In this document: positions 1-9,199 of the stretch, piece after piece
Layout of the letters: each line of letters starts with the position of its first letter
Numbering within the stretch: position 1 is the stretch's first letter
Assembly: GCA_045105515.1 (NCBI GenBank)
Contig: JBGCDR010000040.1
Location: forward strand, 32,001-96,000
Origin: Oligoflexales bacterium
Lineage (GTDB): Bacteria; Bdellovibrionota_B; Oligoflexia; Oligoflexales; Bog-1112
Direction of reading: 5' to 3'
DNA length: 64,000 nucleotides
Made by a program: the position numbers and the translations under genes
Notes under the pieces: model-generated
What the model was told of the DNA's origin: nothing
Databases searched by the model: none
What the model saw: the letters and a program-made list of their open reading frames with translations, nothing else

Positions 1-1512
1 CGCTCTGTCTAAGGTTACTAACATGCTCAAATATTTTTTCCGATCTCCAATAACTACCGCATGCTCAACCAGAGGTATGGAGACAAATCTACTTTCAATC
101 ATCTCGGTTGATATATTTTCTCCACCAGCAGTAATAATTAGGTTTTTCTTTCTTCCATTGATCGTCAAAAAACCCTCGTGATCTATAGACCCAAGATCAC
201 CACTATGCAACCAGCCTTCACCATCAAGAGTCTCTTTCGTCGCTTCAGAATTGTTTAAATAGCCCATGAAAATATGCTTACCTCTGACCAAAATTTCCTT
301 ATCTTCCGCTATTTTGATCTCTGTATCTTGAATGGGAAGTCCTGCTTTTCCAATACGGAATTTACCATCAGGCAATGAAATTGTAGCTGGGCCTGAACAT
401 TCACTCATTCCATAGATTTCATAAATGGGTATATCAAGGCTAAAAAAGAAATTAAGCGTTTCTTGAGAAATAGGAGCAGCTGCCGTTATTTGGAAGCGAC
501 AGCGGTCAAGCCCAAGTGCTTCTCTCACCTTTTTATAAACTATTTTTTTTGCAATTTTGTATTGAAGGCCAGGTACTTGTTGATATTGGCTACCTTTTGC
601 CTGTTCAAGTCCTACATTTTTCGCCCAGGTAGCAATCTTTTTCTTAAGCGGACTTGCTTCTGCCCCTTTTTCAACCATCTTAGCTTGGATTTTTTCCCAA
701 ACTCTAGGAACTCCCAAAAAGACCGTAGGCCTGACTTCTTTAAGATTATCAGGAAGCTTCTCAATGCTTTCTGCAAAACTGACTTGGCATGCTACCACTA
801 GGGGGCCATGAATAGTTACCATCTGTTCTGCTATGTGGCTTAATGGCAAATAAGAAATAAACACATCAGTCGAACTCAATTTTAAATGGTTTTGAATCAC
901 ATTGGCAGCGGTCCAACATAAATTTATATGCGATAACATCACTGCTTTAGGATTAGCGGTCGTTCCTGAAGTATAAACTAGAGTAGCTAAATCTTCTGCA
1001 GTCTGATTTGCTATGCGCTCTTCAAGTTTTTTCTTATTGAGATTCCTACCTTTCTCCAAGAAATCACTCCAAGTGTGGACCATAGGGTCATCAGAAGTAC
1101 CATCAAATAAAACAATTCCCTTTAACTCAGTTAAGAGATCTTTGATCCCAAGAATCTTATCCAGCTGGGATTGGTCTTCTAGAAAAATAAACTTTGCTTT
1201 GCAATGATTTAAAATGTACTCACACTGACTTGCCGAACTCGTTGGGTAAATGCCTGCCGGAACACCCCCTGCCATAATGCTGGCCAAATCAGCAATGATC
1301 CACTCAGGTCGGTTTAAACTGAGGATCGTTGTTGCATCCGAAGGTTCAAGCCCATGCTCAAGTAAAGATGCAGCTACTGCCTGAACTTCATCCCAATACT
1401 CTGACCAAGTCCGAGATTCCCATTCGCCATTATTTTTGAAGGAGTAGGCTATATAATTAGGGTATTTACTTACTGTTTTCTGGAATACGCTATTGACTGT
1501 TTCTGACATCAT
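1..1512 (-). CDS. fadD: Long-chain fatty acid-CoA ligase (AMP-binding family); 3' end runs off the window start
   Basis: Absent from the ORF track; manual minus-strand translation from ATG at 1512 (or 1509; AGAGG upstream) gives MMSETVNSVFQKTV..., AMP-binding motif LVYTSGTTANPKAVMLSH, plus YLPLSH, YGMSE and GWLHSGDLG. Confidence 0.9.
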   Translation of the reverse strand, partial: MMSETVNSVFQKTVSKYPNYIAYSFKNNGEWESRTWSEYWDEVQAVAASLLEHGLEPSDATTILSLNRPEWIIADLASIMAGGVPAGIYPTSSASQCEYILNHCKAKFIFLEDQSQLDKILGIKDLLTELKGIVLFDGTSDDPMVHTWSDFLEKGRNLNKKKLEERIANQTAEDLATLVYTSGTTANPKAVMLSHINLCWTAANVIQNHLKLSSTDVFISYLPLSHIAEQMVTIHGPLVVACQVSFAESIEKLPDNLKEVRPTVFLGVPRVWEKIQAKMVEKGAEASPLKKKIATWAKNVGLEQAKGSQYQQVPGLQYKIAKKIVYKKVREALGLDRCRFQITAAAPISQETLNFFFSLDIPIYEIYGMSECSGPATISLPDGKFRIGKAGLPIQDTEIKIAEDKEILVRGKHIFMGYLNNSEATKETLDGEGWLHSGDLGSIDHEGFLTINGRKKNLIITAGGENISTEMIESRFVSIPLVEHAVVIGDRKKYLSMLVTLDRA

Positions 1513-1838
1513 CTACCTCTATATGTTACCTTCTATTTCATAATTTTCTAATAATACCGATATATCCTATATTATCAATTAATTATAATGGGGTTTATGT
1601 TCGTGTAGTTACGCCCAAGTGCGTTCAATTTTAACCATAAAACACCCAAAAAGAGTTCAAACACCGCGCTAAGTTTCAGGCTTCCATTTCCAAAAATTTT
1701 CTTAGCTTATTTGAACATGGCAAAAATTAGATTAAAAATTCTTGTGAAAGCCCTCCAACTTATGAGAATAGTTCTTGCTACGAAGTCAAACCCGAGCCTA
1801 ACTAAAAAATTTATAAATTTATTGATTGAATAAGAATC

Positions 1839-1865
1839 ACATCGGCACCAGAGCCAATATAATTA
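1839..1865 (-). promoter_or_regulatory. Sigma28-like promoter upstream of fadD
   Basis: Minus strand TAAT-N15-GCCGATGT versus consensus TAAA-N15-GCCGATAA. Confidence 0.4.
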
Positions 1866-1920
1866 GTCAGTAATTTAAACTATTAGCTATCTAAAAATAT
1901 TGATGTTTAAACTTTGATTT

Positions 1921-1947
1921 TAAGATTTATCAACTAAATTCCGATAA
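1921..1947 (+). promoter_or_regulatory. Sigma28-like promoter
   Basis: TAAG-N15-TCCGATAA, 41 nt before ATG 1989. Confidence 0.65.
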
Positions 1948-1988
1948 GATAAATTGTGACTTACAAATGATTATAAACAAAAACATCC

Positions 1989-3455
1989 ATGAAATTTATG
2001 AATTACTATCTACTGATATTAAATATAATGTTATCTGTTAGTTGTGCCGGATCTTCATCCAGCTCCCGGAGTCGATCAAGTGGAGAACAGGTTAGAATTG
2101 ATTCTTTAAATGGTACCGCTGTTCAAACCCGGGACGAACTGATTAAAGAACTTTTGAACCGAGAGTCTGAGTTAAATTATGGAAATTTTGAGCTAGCTAA
2201 GCTGGAACCAATCAACCAGGCTATGTGTGAAAAAACTAACCAAATTAATAAAGAGTGCCTACCATTAAAAGCAATCACATCTAATGCAATGGTGCGATTA
2301 GTGAACTGTGATGGCAATTCTGTCGAACAAGCTTCAAACAGCAAAATTGAGGTGGATATTTACATAGCAGGTTCTGGAAATTTCAAGTTAGCCTTCCATA
2401 GTGCTAACTCAGTCTACGAAAGTATTGCATTGAAAACAGGAACGCAGGATCTAAAATTCTCTAACCTCGTGGATGATCAAGTACTGACACCAAGCTTTGC
2501 TGATATTCAAAGGATGCGCTTTATAGTTGACTCTTTAAGCGCTGACAATGGCGAGACAGCAACTGCAACTATAGACATAATTGTAGATGGCCAATCTATT
2601 TTGAAGGATACCATTCCTGAAATAGTAGTTGGTGAAAGCTATGAAATGAACGTGAAAGATTTATACCAACAATTAATTTCACCTGCCTGCCATCTTTCTA
2701 ATGAGAGCTTAGAGGAATTACTTGCACCTTTTAAGAGTTCTTCAGAAGGTTCAGTTGAAAATGCACCATCAGGAATTAGAAGCGCTGAACAAAATAACTA
2801 CCAAAATGAAAGCACAGCTAATATCCAGCAGAAGATTTCTTTAGTGGAAGATACATTAGCAGAATTAAAACCAAAACTAAGGCTGGCTCGCGACCGTAAT
2901 ACCAACTTGAGGCAGACAATAATGGGTGGAACAGGTGTGGGTTGTCGCCTAAAGCAGAAAATTGAATCACTATCTATATCCATTGATGGAAGTCCAATTA
3001 TTGACCATGTTGACAGTAAGCGTGATGACAAAGTTGAAGGATCTGGAAATGCAAAAGAATTAGAAATTGATCTTGGTGGAGTAAGCTTTTCGTCCACTAC
3101 TGTTTTAGGATCTACTTTTGTCCCTGATGAGGATTTAAGCTCACTGGATATTTCTAGCCTTACCAGAGTATCTTTGCAAAAGGGCGGCACATCCTTTATC
3201 AATACATTGATAAAGTGTAAAGGAGGCTTTTTCGGTAGTCTTAAATTGGACAATGATTGTTATGAAGTTAAAGAAGAATCAGCCATGGAAATAAACAAAA
3301 TTACGCTAGAAGTCAATGGTATTACGCTATTTGAAGAGGGAAACCTTGGATTAAAATTATACCGCGATCAAATGTCATGGAGTTTCGACAATATTCAATT
3401 GCACCCTCAATGGGGTGAAATGCTTCTACGCAATGACTGTGATGCTACAAATTGA
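1989..3455 (+). CDS. Hypothetical lipoprotein; two beta-rich regions around a coiled-coil-like segment
   Basis: 488 aa ORF; hydrophobic N-terminus, lipobox-like SVSC, Ser-rich tether. Confidence 0.8.
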   Translation: MKFMNYYLLILNIMLSVSCAGSSSSSRSRSSGEQVRIDSLNGTAVQTRDELIKELLNRESELNYGNFELAKLEPINQAMCEKTNQINKECLPLKAITSNAMVRLVNCDGNSVEQASNSKIEVDIYIAGSGNFKLAFHSANSVYESIALKTGTQDLKFSNLVDDQVLTPSFADIQRMRFIVDSLSADNGETATATIDIIVDGQSILKDTIPEIVVGESYEMNVKDLYQQLISPACHLSNESLEELLAPFKSSSEGSVENAPSGIRSAEQNNYQNESTANIQQKISLVEDTLAELKPKLRLARDRNTNLRQTIMGGTGVGCRLKQKIESLSISIDGSPIIDHVDSKRDDKVEGSGNAKELEIDLGGVSFSSTTVLGSTFVPDEDLSSLDISSLTRVSLQKGGTSFINTLIKCKGGFFGSLKLDNDCYEVKEESAMEINKITLEVNGITLFEEGNLGLKLYRDQMSWSFDNIQLHPQWGEMLLRNDCDATN

Positions 3456-3630
3456 AGACTCCTCTCCCTAAAAGAAGAGCTTTTACGCTCACCTGGATAA
3501 ATTCAAACATTAAACAGTACGTTTTCCTGACTTAGGGATTTAAGGCGGTACAAAGAGATTAATTGACACCTTCCTAAATCTGGGTTTTAGTAGTATTGCT
3601 ATCGAAAGGTCTTGGAGGAGGGTACAAAGA

Positions 3631-3927
3631 ATGTCTCCGTTTGAAGATCTAGATGATCCATCTAGTAGATACTTATGGCACTATCGCGATGAATACGGGA
3701 GCTTTTGCGAAAAGTATCAAGCTAAAGAGAAACACAAAAGACTAAAACAGTCTATTTTGGAAAACCAAGAGACATATACTCTAGGTACTCCTAAAAGTCC
3801 AAGTATTTTTGAACAATTAACATTCAAGGCAAATCAATCTTCCATAAACAACATGACTGTTTTTAGAAAACTAAGGATCGGTATTAAGTATGTTTCTTGC
3901 TACCTGAACGCTTTGCTTCTACTTTAG
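3631..3927 (+). CDS. Hypothetical protein
   Basis: 98 aa ORF with strong GGAGGAGG RBS. Confidence 0.6.
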   Translation: MSPFEDLDDPSSRYLWHYRDEYGSFCEKYQAKEKHKRLKQSILENQETYTLGTPKSPSIFEQLTFKANQSSINNMTVFRKLRIGIKYVSCYLNALLLL

Positions 3928-5093
3928 AGTTTCTTTCTCTTAATAAATGTAAGACGTGAAAGAAGATTCAGATCAGGTGGAGAAAAATATAGCTCTTCAG
4001 TAAAATTTGAAGCTAGAGTATGAATCCAATAATCTGCCATGCTAGCAAAGCGTTTAGAAGGCTCATAATTCTCCATTGCCCAAACTTCTATGGTCTGTTG
4101 TTTAAGAATTTTTCTTTGAAAACTCTGTCTAATAAATTGATTGCCCTCTATAGCTTGGCGTGCTTTTCTAAGCTTTTCCAATCGGTGTAAGTATTTAAGT
4201 TGATACACCTCATAGTCAAACAAACTTCGTGGTCTAATTTCTACTTTTTTATAGGCTACTGAAAAGTCAAAGCTCCCTGGAGAGAAAAAAGAATTTACAT
4301 GGAGTTCAATTGAGTTATTTCTATTTTTTAACACAGCTCCGCTAAGAGAAGCAAAGATTCCTAAGCCCCCACCCATTCCAATATAGGTCCCAAAAATTTG
4401 ATCTGCCGACTGATCTGTCAACTTCACAAGCTTGGAACTTATTTTGCGGTAAGGAGCAAAAGTTAATGATAAACCACAAGTAAATCCATTGCTATTTTCG
4501 ATGGGAATCATAAAGGCTGTTTTTTCAAGATCACTGTAACAAAACAAAGTTTGCCCATTTAATTTGTGAAAAAACTGCCCATATACCAAACTAGCTTGAA
4601 TCCCTACTTCCCAGTTCCCCCAAGAGTCGGTAAGCAGGCATTGTGAATAAGGCAAGCTATTTGGGTTATTCCTCCAATATTTTGATTCCTTGAGAGGAAC
4701 CAATTGAAGCCTATCTATAATTTGACGAATTAGAGATGATGGTGCGCGATTAGATAAACCGCTTCCTTCCACAACATTACCCAACTCTTCATACTGACGC
4801 GCAGATAAGTATTCATCTGTACCAGAACTTTGACCAGGACTAGAAGGTGTTTTAAACTCTTCTATTCCCTCTGAATCAGAATCAGAAATACTAACTTGAT
4901 CCCATGCAATCCTTTTAAGCAGGCGATCCACTATATCAAGGGAGTCTCTATCATATTCAGACGAATATTCATCTGATTTAACTAAATCTACAGAGGCAAA
5001 AAGACAAGTTAAGGATACATACCATATCACTGTAAATAAAAAAATATTAGGGAATATATTCATAGTTTTTCTCCTAAGGCTTTCCATCCTCAA
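3924..5093 (-). CDS. Hypothetical exported protein; central Gly-rich segment weakly resembles DUF992-type domains
   Basis: 389 aa ORF; likely start MNIFPN at 5063 (AGGAG RBS); signal-peptide-like N-terminus; FGTYIGMGGGLGIFASLSGAVLKN. Confidence 0.7.
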   Translation of the reverse strand: MRMESLRRKTMNIFPNIFLFTVIWYVSLTCLFASVDLVKSDEYSSEYDRDSLDIVDRLLKRIAWDQVSISDSDSEGIEEFKTPSSPGQSSGTDEYLSARQYEELGNVVEGSGLSNRAPSSLIRQIIDRLQLVPLKESKYWRNNPNSLPYSQCLLTDSWGNWEVGIQASLVYGQFFHKLNGQTLFCYSDLEKTAFMIPIENSNGFTCGLSLTFAPYRKISSKLVKLTDQSADQIFGTYIGMGGGLGIFASLSGAVLKNRNNSIELHVNSFFSPGSFDFSVAYKKVEIRPRSLFDYEVYQLKYLHRLEKLRKARQAIEGNQFIRQSFQRKILKQQTIEVWAMENYEPSKRFASMADYWIHTLASNFTEELYFSPPDLNLLSRLTFIKRKKL

Positions 5094-5250
5094 ATTTTCT
5101 ATAATGAAAAAAAATTTGAACTTTTGCCATCAGGTAAAACCCACCAAAAATCTCAGAAGCGGTTCTTACTAAATTCATTTCAGGGACTTACTTATACTCA
5201 CTTTCAAACAAAAAACGCTTGATGAAGGCGAATCAAATTAAGCTATGCAG

Positions 5251-5279
5251 AGCCTAAAGATTGTAAAAATCTTTGTCAA
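5251..5279 (-). promoter_or_regulatory. Sigma70-like promoter for the 389 aa ORF
   Basis: Minus strand TTGACA-N17-TAGGCT. Confidence 0.55.
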
Positions 5280-5451
5280 GAGTAATCAAAATCACTCCTC
5301 ATGCATGAAAGTAGTAAAAAATAGATATTAATTTACAGACTTTTACAAGTATCATTGTAGCTCAAAACTTAAGGGATTAACTTAGACCGAGATCTATATT
5401 CAATGATAGGAATTCTTGAGCAAGAATTAAAAATTAATAAGGCCGTTTACC

Positions 5452-6162
5452 ATGAAATATAATTCAATCGTCATCCTCACAGGAGCCGGTATTTCAGCAG
5501 AGTCAGGTATCAATACTTTTCGTGCCAGTGATGGGCTATGGGAAAACCATCCAATTGAGAAAGTAGCAACACCCGAAGGTTTTCGAAAAGATCCCAAGCT
5601 TGTTCATCAGTTTTACAACGAGCGCCGTAATCAGTTGTTAAATCCTGCTATATCCCCAAATGCAGCACACCTAGCGTTGGCGAAACTAGAAAAAGACTAT
5701 CTTGGAAACGTCTGGGTAGTTACACAAAACATAGATAACTTACATGAAAGAGCTGGAAGTAAAAACCTTATTCATATGCATGGAGAAATCCTTAAAATTC
5801 GCTGCAAAAAAAGCGGTCAAATTTACAGCTGCCATGAGCCAATAAGTAACAATGACAACTGTTCTTGCTGTGAGTTGACAGGAACGCTGCGCCCTCATAT
5901 TGTTTGGTTCGGTGAAATGCCTTTCTTTATGGATGAAATCTACCAACATTTAGATCAGGCAAGTATTTTTGTTTCCATTGGCACATCAGGAAATGTTTAT
6001 CCTGCTGCTGGTTTTGTCGAACATGCAAGAGAATCTGGAGCACGATGTATTGAGATCAACCCTCAGCCTACCTACAATCCCAACTTTGATGATTTTCGTC
6101 AGGGTGTCGCAAGCATTGAAGTTCCTAAATTAGTGTCACAGATCATCGAAAAAAAGTTATGA
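5452..6162 (+). CDS. cobB: NAD-dependent protein deacylase (class III sirtuin)
   Basis: GAGISAESGI, TQNIDNLHERAG, HMHG, RPHIVWFGE, GTSGNVYPAAG; FYNERR carries the Tyr/Arg pair of desuccinylases. Confidence 0.96.
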   Translation: MKYNSIVILTGAGISAESGINTFRASDGLWENHPIEKVATPEGFRKDPKLVHQFYNERRNQLLNPAISPNAAHLALAKLEKDYLGNVWVVTQNIDNLHERAGSKNLIHMHGEILKIRCKKSGQIYSCHEPISNNDNCSCCELTGTLRPHIVWFGEMPFFMDEIYQHLDQASIFVSIGTSGNVYPAAGFVEHARESGARCIEINPQPTYNPNFDDFRQGVASIEVPKLVSQIIEKKL

Positions 6163-6164
6163 GC

Positions 6165-7202
6165 TCAGATGAACGAAGAGGGGACTGAACGAACCCCATT
6201 GATAAAAGAAGACACAATTATCTCCCGAACAGAGGCGCCTCTTGACAGGTCACTATAAGGCTTAGCTAGGCCTTGGAGGATTGGGCCATATGCTTGGTAC
6301 CCTCCTAAGCTCTGGCTAATTTTATAGGCAATATTACCAGCTCCCAAGTCTGGGAATACAAAAATATTTGTTCTACCACATACTTTGCTTGATGGTGCTT
6401 TACGCTTACCTATTTCTGCATCAATTGCTGCATCAAATTGCAACTCACCATCACTAGGAATATCGGGAAATTTTGCCTTGAACAAAGACCAAGCTTTGGC
6501 CATTTTCTCTGCGGAAGGATGCTTTGCAGATCCTTTGCTCGAAAAGGAAAGAAATGCAAGATACGGCATCATTTCCTCCCCGTAAAGATGCCTCCAAGTT
6601 TTTACCGATTCGTAAGCAATATCAACAAGCTGTTCAGCTGTTGGCTCAATCACTACTCCGCAATCTGCAAAAATCATAGCTTTAATGTCAGCATTTTCAT
6701 TAGCCAATAAAAAGGAACCGCTTAAGGTTTTAACCCCTTGAGCAAGTCCAACAGTAGGGAGAGCTGCTCTTATTACATCTGCAGTAGTATACAAAGCTCC
6801 TGCAAGCACACTATCTATGTCTCCTTGCCTGAGCAATACCCCTGCCTGAACAAGTCCAGAATTTGATTTTGACTTTAATTTATCATTATCTAATACCTTA
6901 CCCTTGATTTCTGCTCTTTTCTCAAGAAACGACCTGGTTTGGCTTACAATTTCTGGAAAAGCCTTTGGAACAAATTCAATCCTCCTCTTAACTTCTATTT
7001 TTTTTCCATGACCCCAGACAGAAAACTGCCTATCAAACTCATCCTCTTCAAGAAATAAAAGGACACTCTTCATCGCCGCATTTTCAGCAAGATAGCACGC
7101 TCCTTGGAAAACTCTTTGATCTCTGCTTTCCGGAAAAGCTATGGTACTATTTACGGATTTACATAAATTTTCCATTTGTTTTTCTTCACTTGACCACTGC
7201 AT
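6165..7202 (-). CDS. pta: Phosphate acetyltransferase (short form)
   Basis: FADCGV, SFSSKGS, DGELQFDAA, FPDLGAGNIAYK, GPILQGLAKPYSDLSRG. Confidence 0.9.
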   Translation of the reverse strand: MQWSSEEKQMENLCKSVNSTIAFPESRDQRVFQGACYLAENAAMKSVLLFLEEDEFDRQFSVWGHGKKIEVKRRIEFVPKAFPEIVSQTRSFLEKRAEIKGKVLDNDKLKSKSNSGLVQAGVLLRQGDIDSVLAGALYTTADVIRAALPTVGLAQGVKTLSGSFLLANENADIKAMIFADCGVVIEPTAEQLVDIAYESVKTWRHLYGEEMMPYLAFLSFSSKGSAKHPSAEKMAKAWSLFKAKFPDIPSDGELQFDAAIDAEIGKRKAPSSKVCGRTNIFVFPDLGAGNIAYKISQSLGGYQAYGPILQGLAKPYSDLSRGASVREIIVSSFINGVRSVPSSFI

Positions 7203-7373
7203 AAAAACCCCCTGTCTAGAATCGATAATTGAACAGCAAAGTTAAAACTGACTATTTTTTAAGCAAACCGGGCAAGTCCCTGGCTTACAGGAGCTTGCCC
7301 TCTATCTAGGTAGAGTTATCCACAATGCCTGTGGATTGTTCCTTGTTTCGCAACCACAAAAAGGGCTCTTGAT

Positions 7374-7401
7374 TAAGGAAACATAACAAAGCTACCGATA
7401 G
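7374..7401 (+). promoter_or_regulatory. Sigma28-like promoter upstream of the EAL gene
   Basis: TAAG-N16-ACCGATAG. Confidence 0.55.
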
Positions 7402-7438
7402 GAGGTTCGAGTGCAAAGGCATAAATCACGAGCTAAAA

Positions 7439-9199
7439 ATGATTTACTTAATGCTTAAAAATCAAAAGCTAATTGGCGAGTTAAAATCTCGCCTAGAAGA
7501 GCATGAAATCAAATTCAAGCTCATTGATATTTCTAAAAAGACTAGTCTCAAGGAAATGTACCGTAACGAATATGAACCTAATGCCGCGGTGGTAGATGCT
7601 AGGCATCCCTTACTGCCTGACAATAGCTGGATCGACATGCTCAGTAGCTTGTGCCGGCGAATTCCTGTCATTGTTGTCAGTAAGGAGGATAAATATTCGA
7701 TTGTTACCAGAAATGGTCGTGTAGAGCTATTAACCTGGCTAAAAAATCCTAAACCTGAAGATATCTTAACCATTTTAGATAATTGCGGCAGTTTAGGTAT
7801 TTCAAGAAGAATTTTCAATCGCAATACTATCCCTTTTTATAATCCGATGCTAGCAATACATATGCTCCAGCAAAATGGATCTTTAAGCATACTGAGTATC
7901 CATGCCGGGGATTTTAGAAAGGTGGCAACTGAATATGGTGCTGAGGCCTATGCCAAACTACAAGACTGCTTTCAACAACTACTTATTGAATTATGGGGTG
8001 TAAAACACAGCTTTCGTAAAACCGATATCCTTTGTCTTAATTCTGTACACAGCAATGTTTACTTCATACTACTGGAACAATCGAGATCACAAAGAAATAT
8101 TCCCCCTCCATGTGCACTAGAAAAATTGTCAGATCGAATCGTAACGAAATTACAAAACCAATTATGGGGTGAATTGTTTAAACCCGCTAAAGACAGGGTT
8201 TTACCGAGCTACCTACAGACTATTCCCAAGTTTTCAATAGGACATGCCACTGGCTTGTACAATCCCTGTGTTGATACTGAAGAAACCCTTGATAATATTA
8301 TTGATTCAAGTAAAGAGATGGCCAAAGTTCAGCACCATAGAATAAGAAGTAGGCAACGAGAACTAATTCAAGCACTTATCCAAACACCGAAAACCTTAAT
8401 ACCTAACTATCAAGCTGTTTTCCATGCTAAAACAATGAAAATAGAAGATGCGGAAAAAGCGATAAAAAATAAATCCATCTTTCCGATTGCTAAAAGTATT
8501 TATGCCTTCGAATCCTTAATTCGAGTGAGCAAGGGTCAAGTCGATAACTTAATCCATGCTGAAGGACCTATGCATATTGACTCCAAATACCTGATGCCAA
8601 ACGTTCTTTTTTCTCTAGCTCTTTCAGTAAAACTAGCACTTGAGTTAGATCAAATCTGCCTTAGACAGGCTACCCATCACTTCACAAACTTACCGGGGAG
8701 GCTCCTAGCTAACATCCTCCCAAGAAATTTCTATTACATCGATCAACTTCAGCACCTAATTCCTCAAAGTGCCCTTATTACATTCGAAGTGTCTGAATCA
8801 GAGGCTATCAATAATTTTGAATTACTACTTAAAGCAAGAAAAAACTTATCGAAGCAAAACTATGGAATTGCCATCGATGATTTCGGTAAGGGGTATGCTG
8901 GGCTAGATAGAATTCTTAAAATAAAACCCGATATCATAAAATTAGATCGATGTCTCATTCAAAATATTCACCTAGAAGAATCTAAAAAAGCTTTTATTGA
9001 AGGGGTGATGAGTGCTGCAAGAATTACCAACTCTCTCGTTTTAGCAGAGGGTGTTGAACTAATTGAAGAATTTAAAACTCTTCAAAACCTTGGAATCGAT
9101 TTAGTTCAAGGCTTTCTCCTTCACAGGCCACAGAAGGTTCAAGATATTCAAAAAGACTTGAAGATAGAAGTACTGGATGTACTTGAAACTGTTGCATGA
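7439..9199 (+). CDS. EAL-domain c-di-GMP phosphodiesterase with degenerate receiver-like and GGDEF-like domains
   Basis: FESLIR, FEVSE, IAIDDFGKGY, IKLDR, AEGVE, QGFLLHRP; middle region DFRKVATEYGAEA resembles a GGDEF N-terminus without GGDEF. Confidence 0.88.
   Translation: MIYLMLKNQKLIGELKSRLEEHEIKFKLIDISKKTSLKEMYRNEYEPNAAVVDARHPLLPDNSWIDMLSSLCRRIPVIVVSKEDKYSIVTRNGRVELLTWLKNPKPEDILTILDNCGSLGISRRIFNRNTIPFYNPMLAIHMLQQNGSLSILSIHAGDFRKVATEYGAEAYAKLQDCFQQLLIELWGVKHSFRKTDILCLNSVHSNVYFILLEQSRSQRNIPPPCALEKLSDRIVTKLQNQLWGELFKPAKDRVLPSYLQTIPKFSIGHATGLYNPCVDTEETLDNIIDSSKEMAKVQHHRIRSRQRELIQALIQTPKTLIPNYQAVFHAKTMKIEDAEKAIKNKSIFPIAKSIYAFESLIRVSKGQVDNLIHAEGPMHIDSKYLMPNVLFSLALSVKLALELDQICLRQATHHFTNLPGRLLANILPRNFYYIDQLQHLIPQSALITFEVSESEAINNFELLLKARKNLSKQNYGIAIDDFGKGYAGLDRILKIKPDIIKLDRCLIQNIHLEESKKAFIEGVMSAARITNSLVLAEGVELIEEFKTLQNLGIDLVQGFLLHRPQKVQDIQKDLKIEVLDVLETVA

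Noticed and set aside
463..1207. Plus-strand ORFs 463-801 and 1013-1207
   Set aside because: Antisense shadows of the acyl-CoA ligase
7261..7300. c-di-GMP-I riboswitch (GCAAACC upstream of an EAL gene)
   Set aside because: The GNRA-capped stem and second GCAAA element are not arranged as in the consensus
7316..7338. oriC at the DnaA box
   Set aside because: Only one perfect and one degenerate box in a short spacer
7400..7420. tRNA T-loop-like GTTCGA
   Set aside because: No T-stem or cloverleaf
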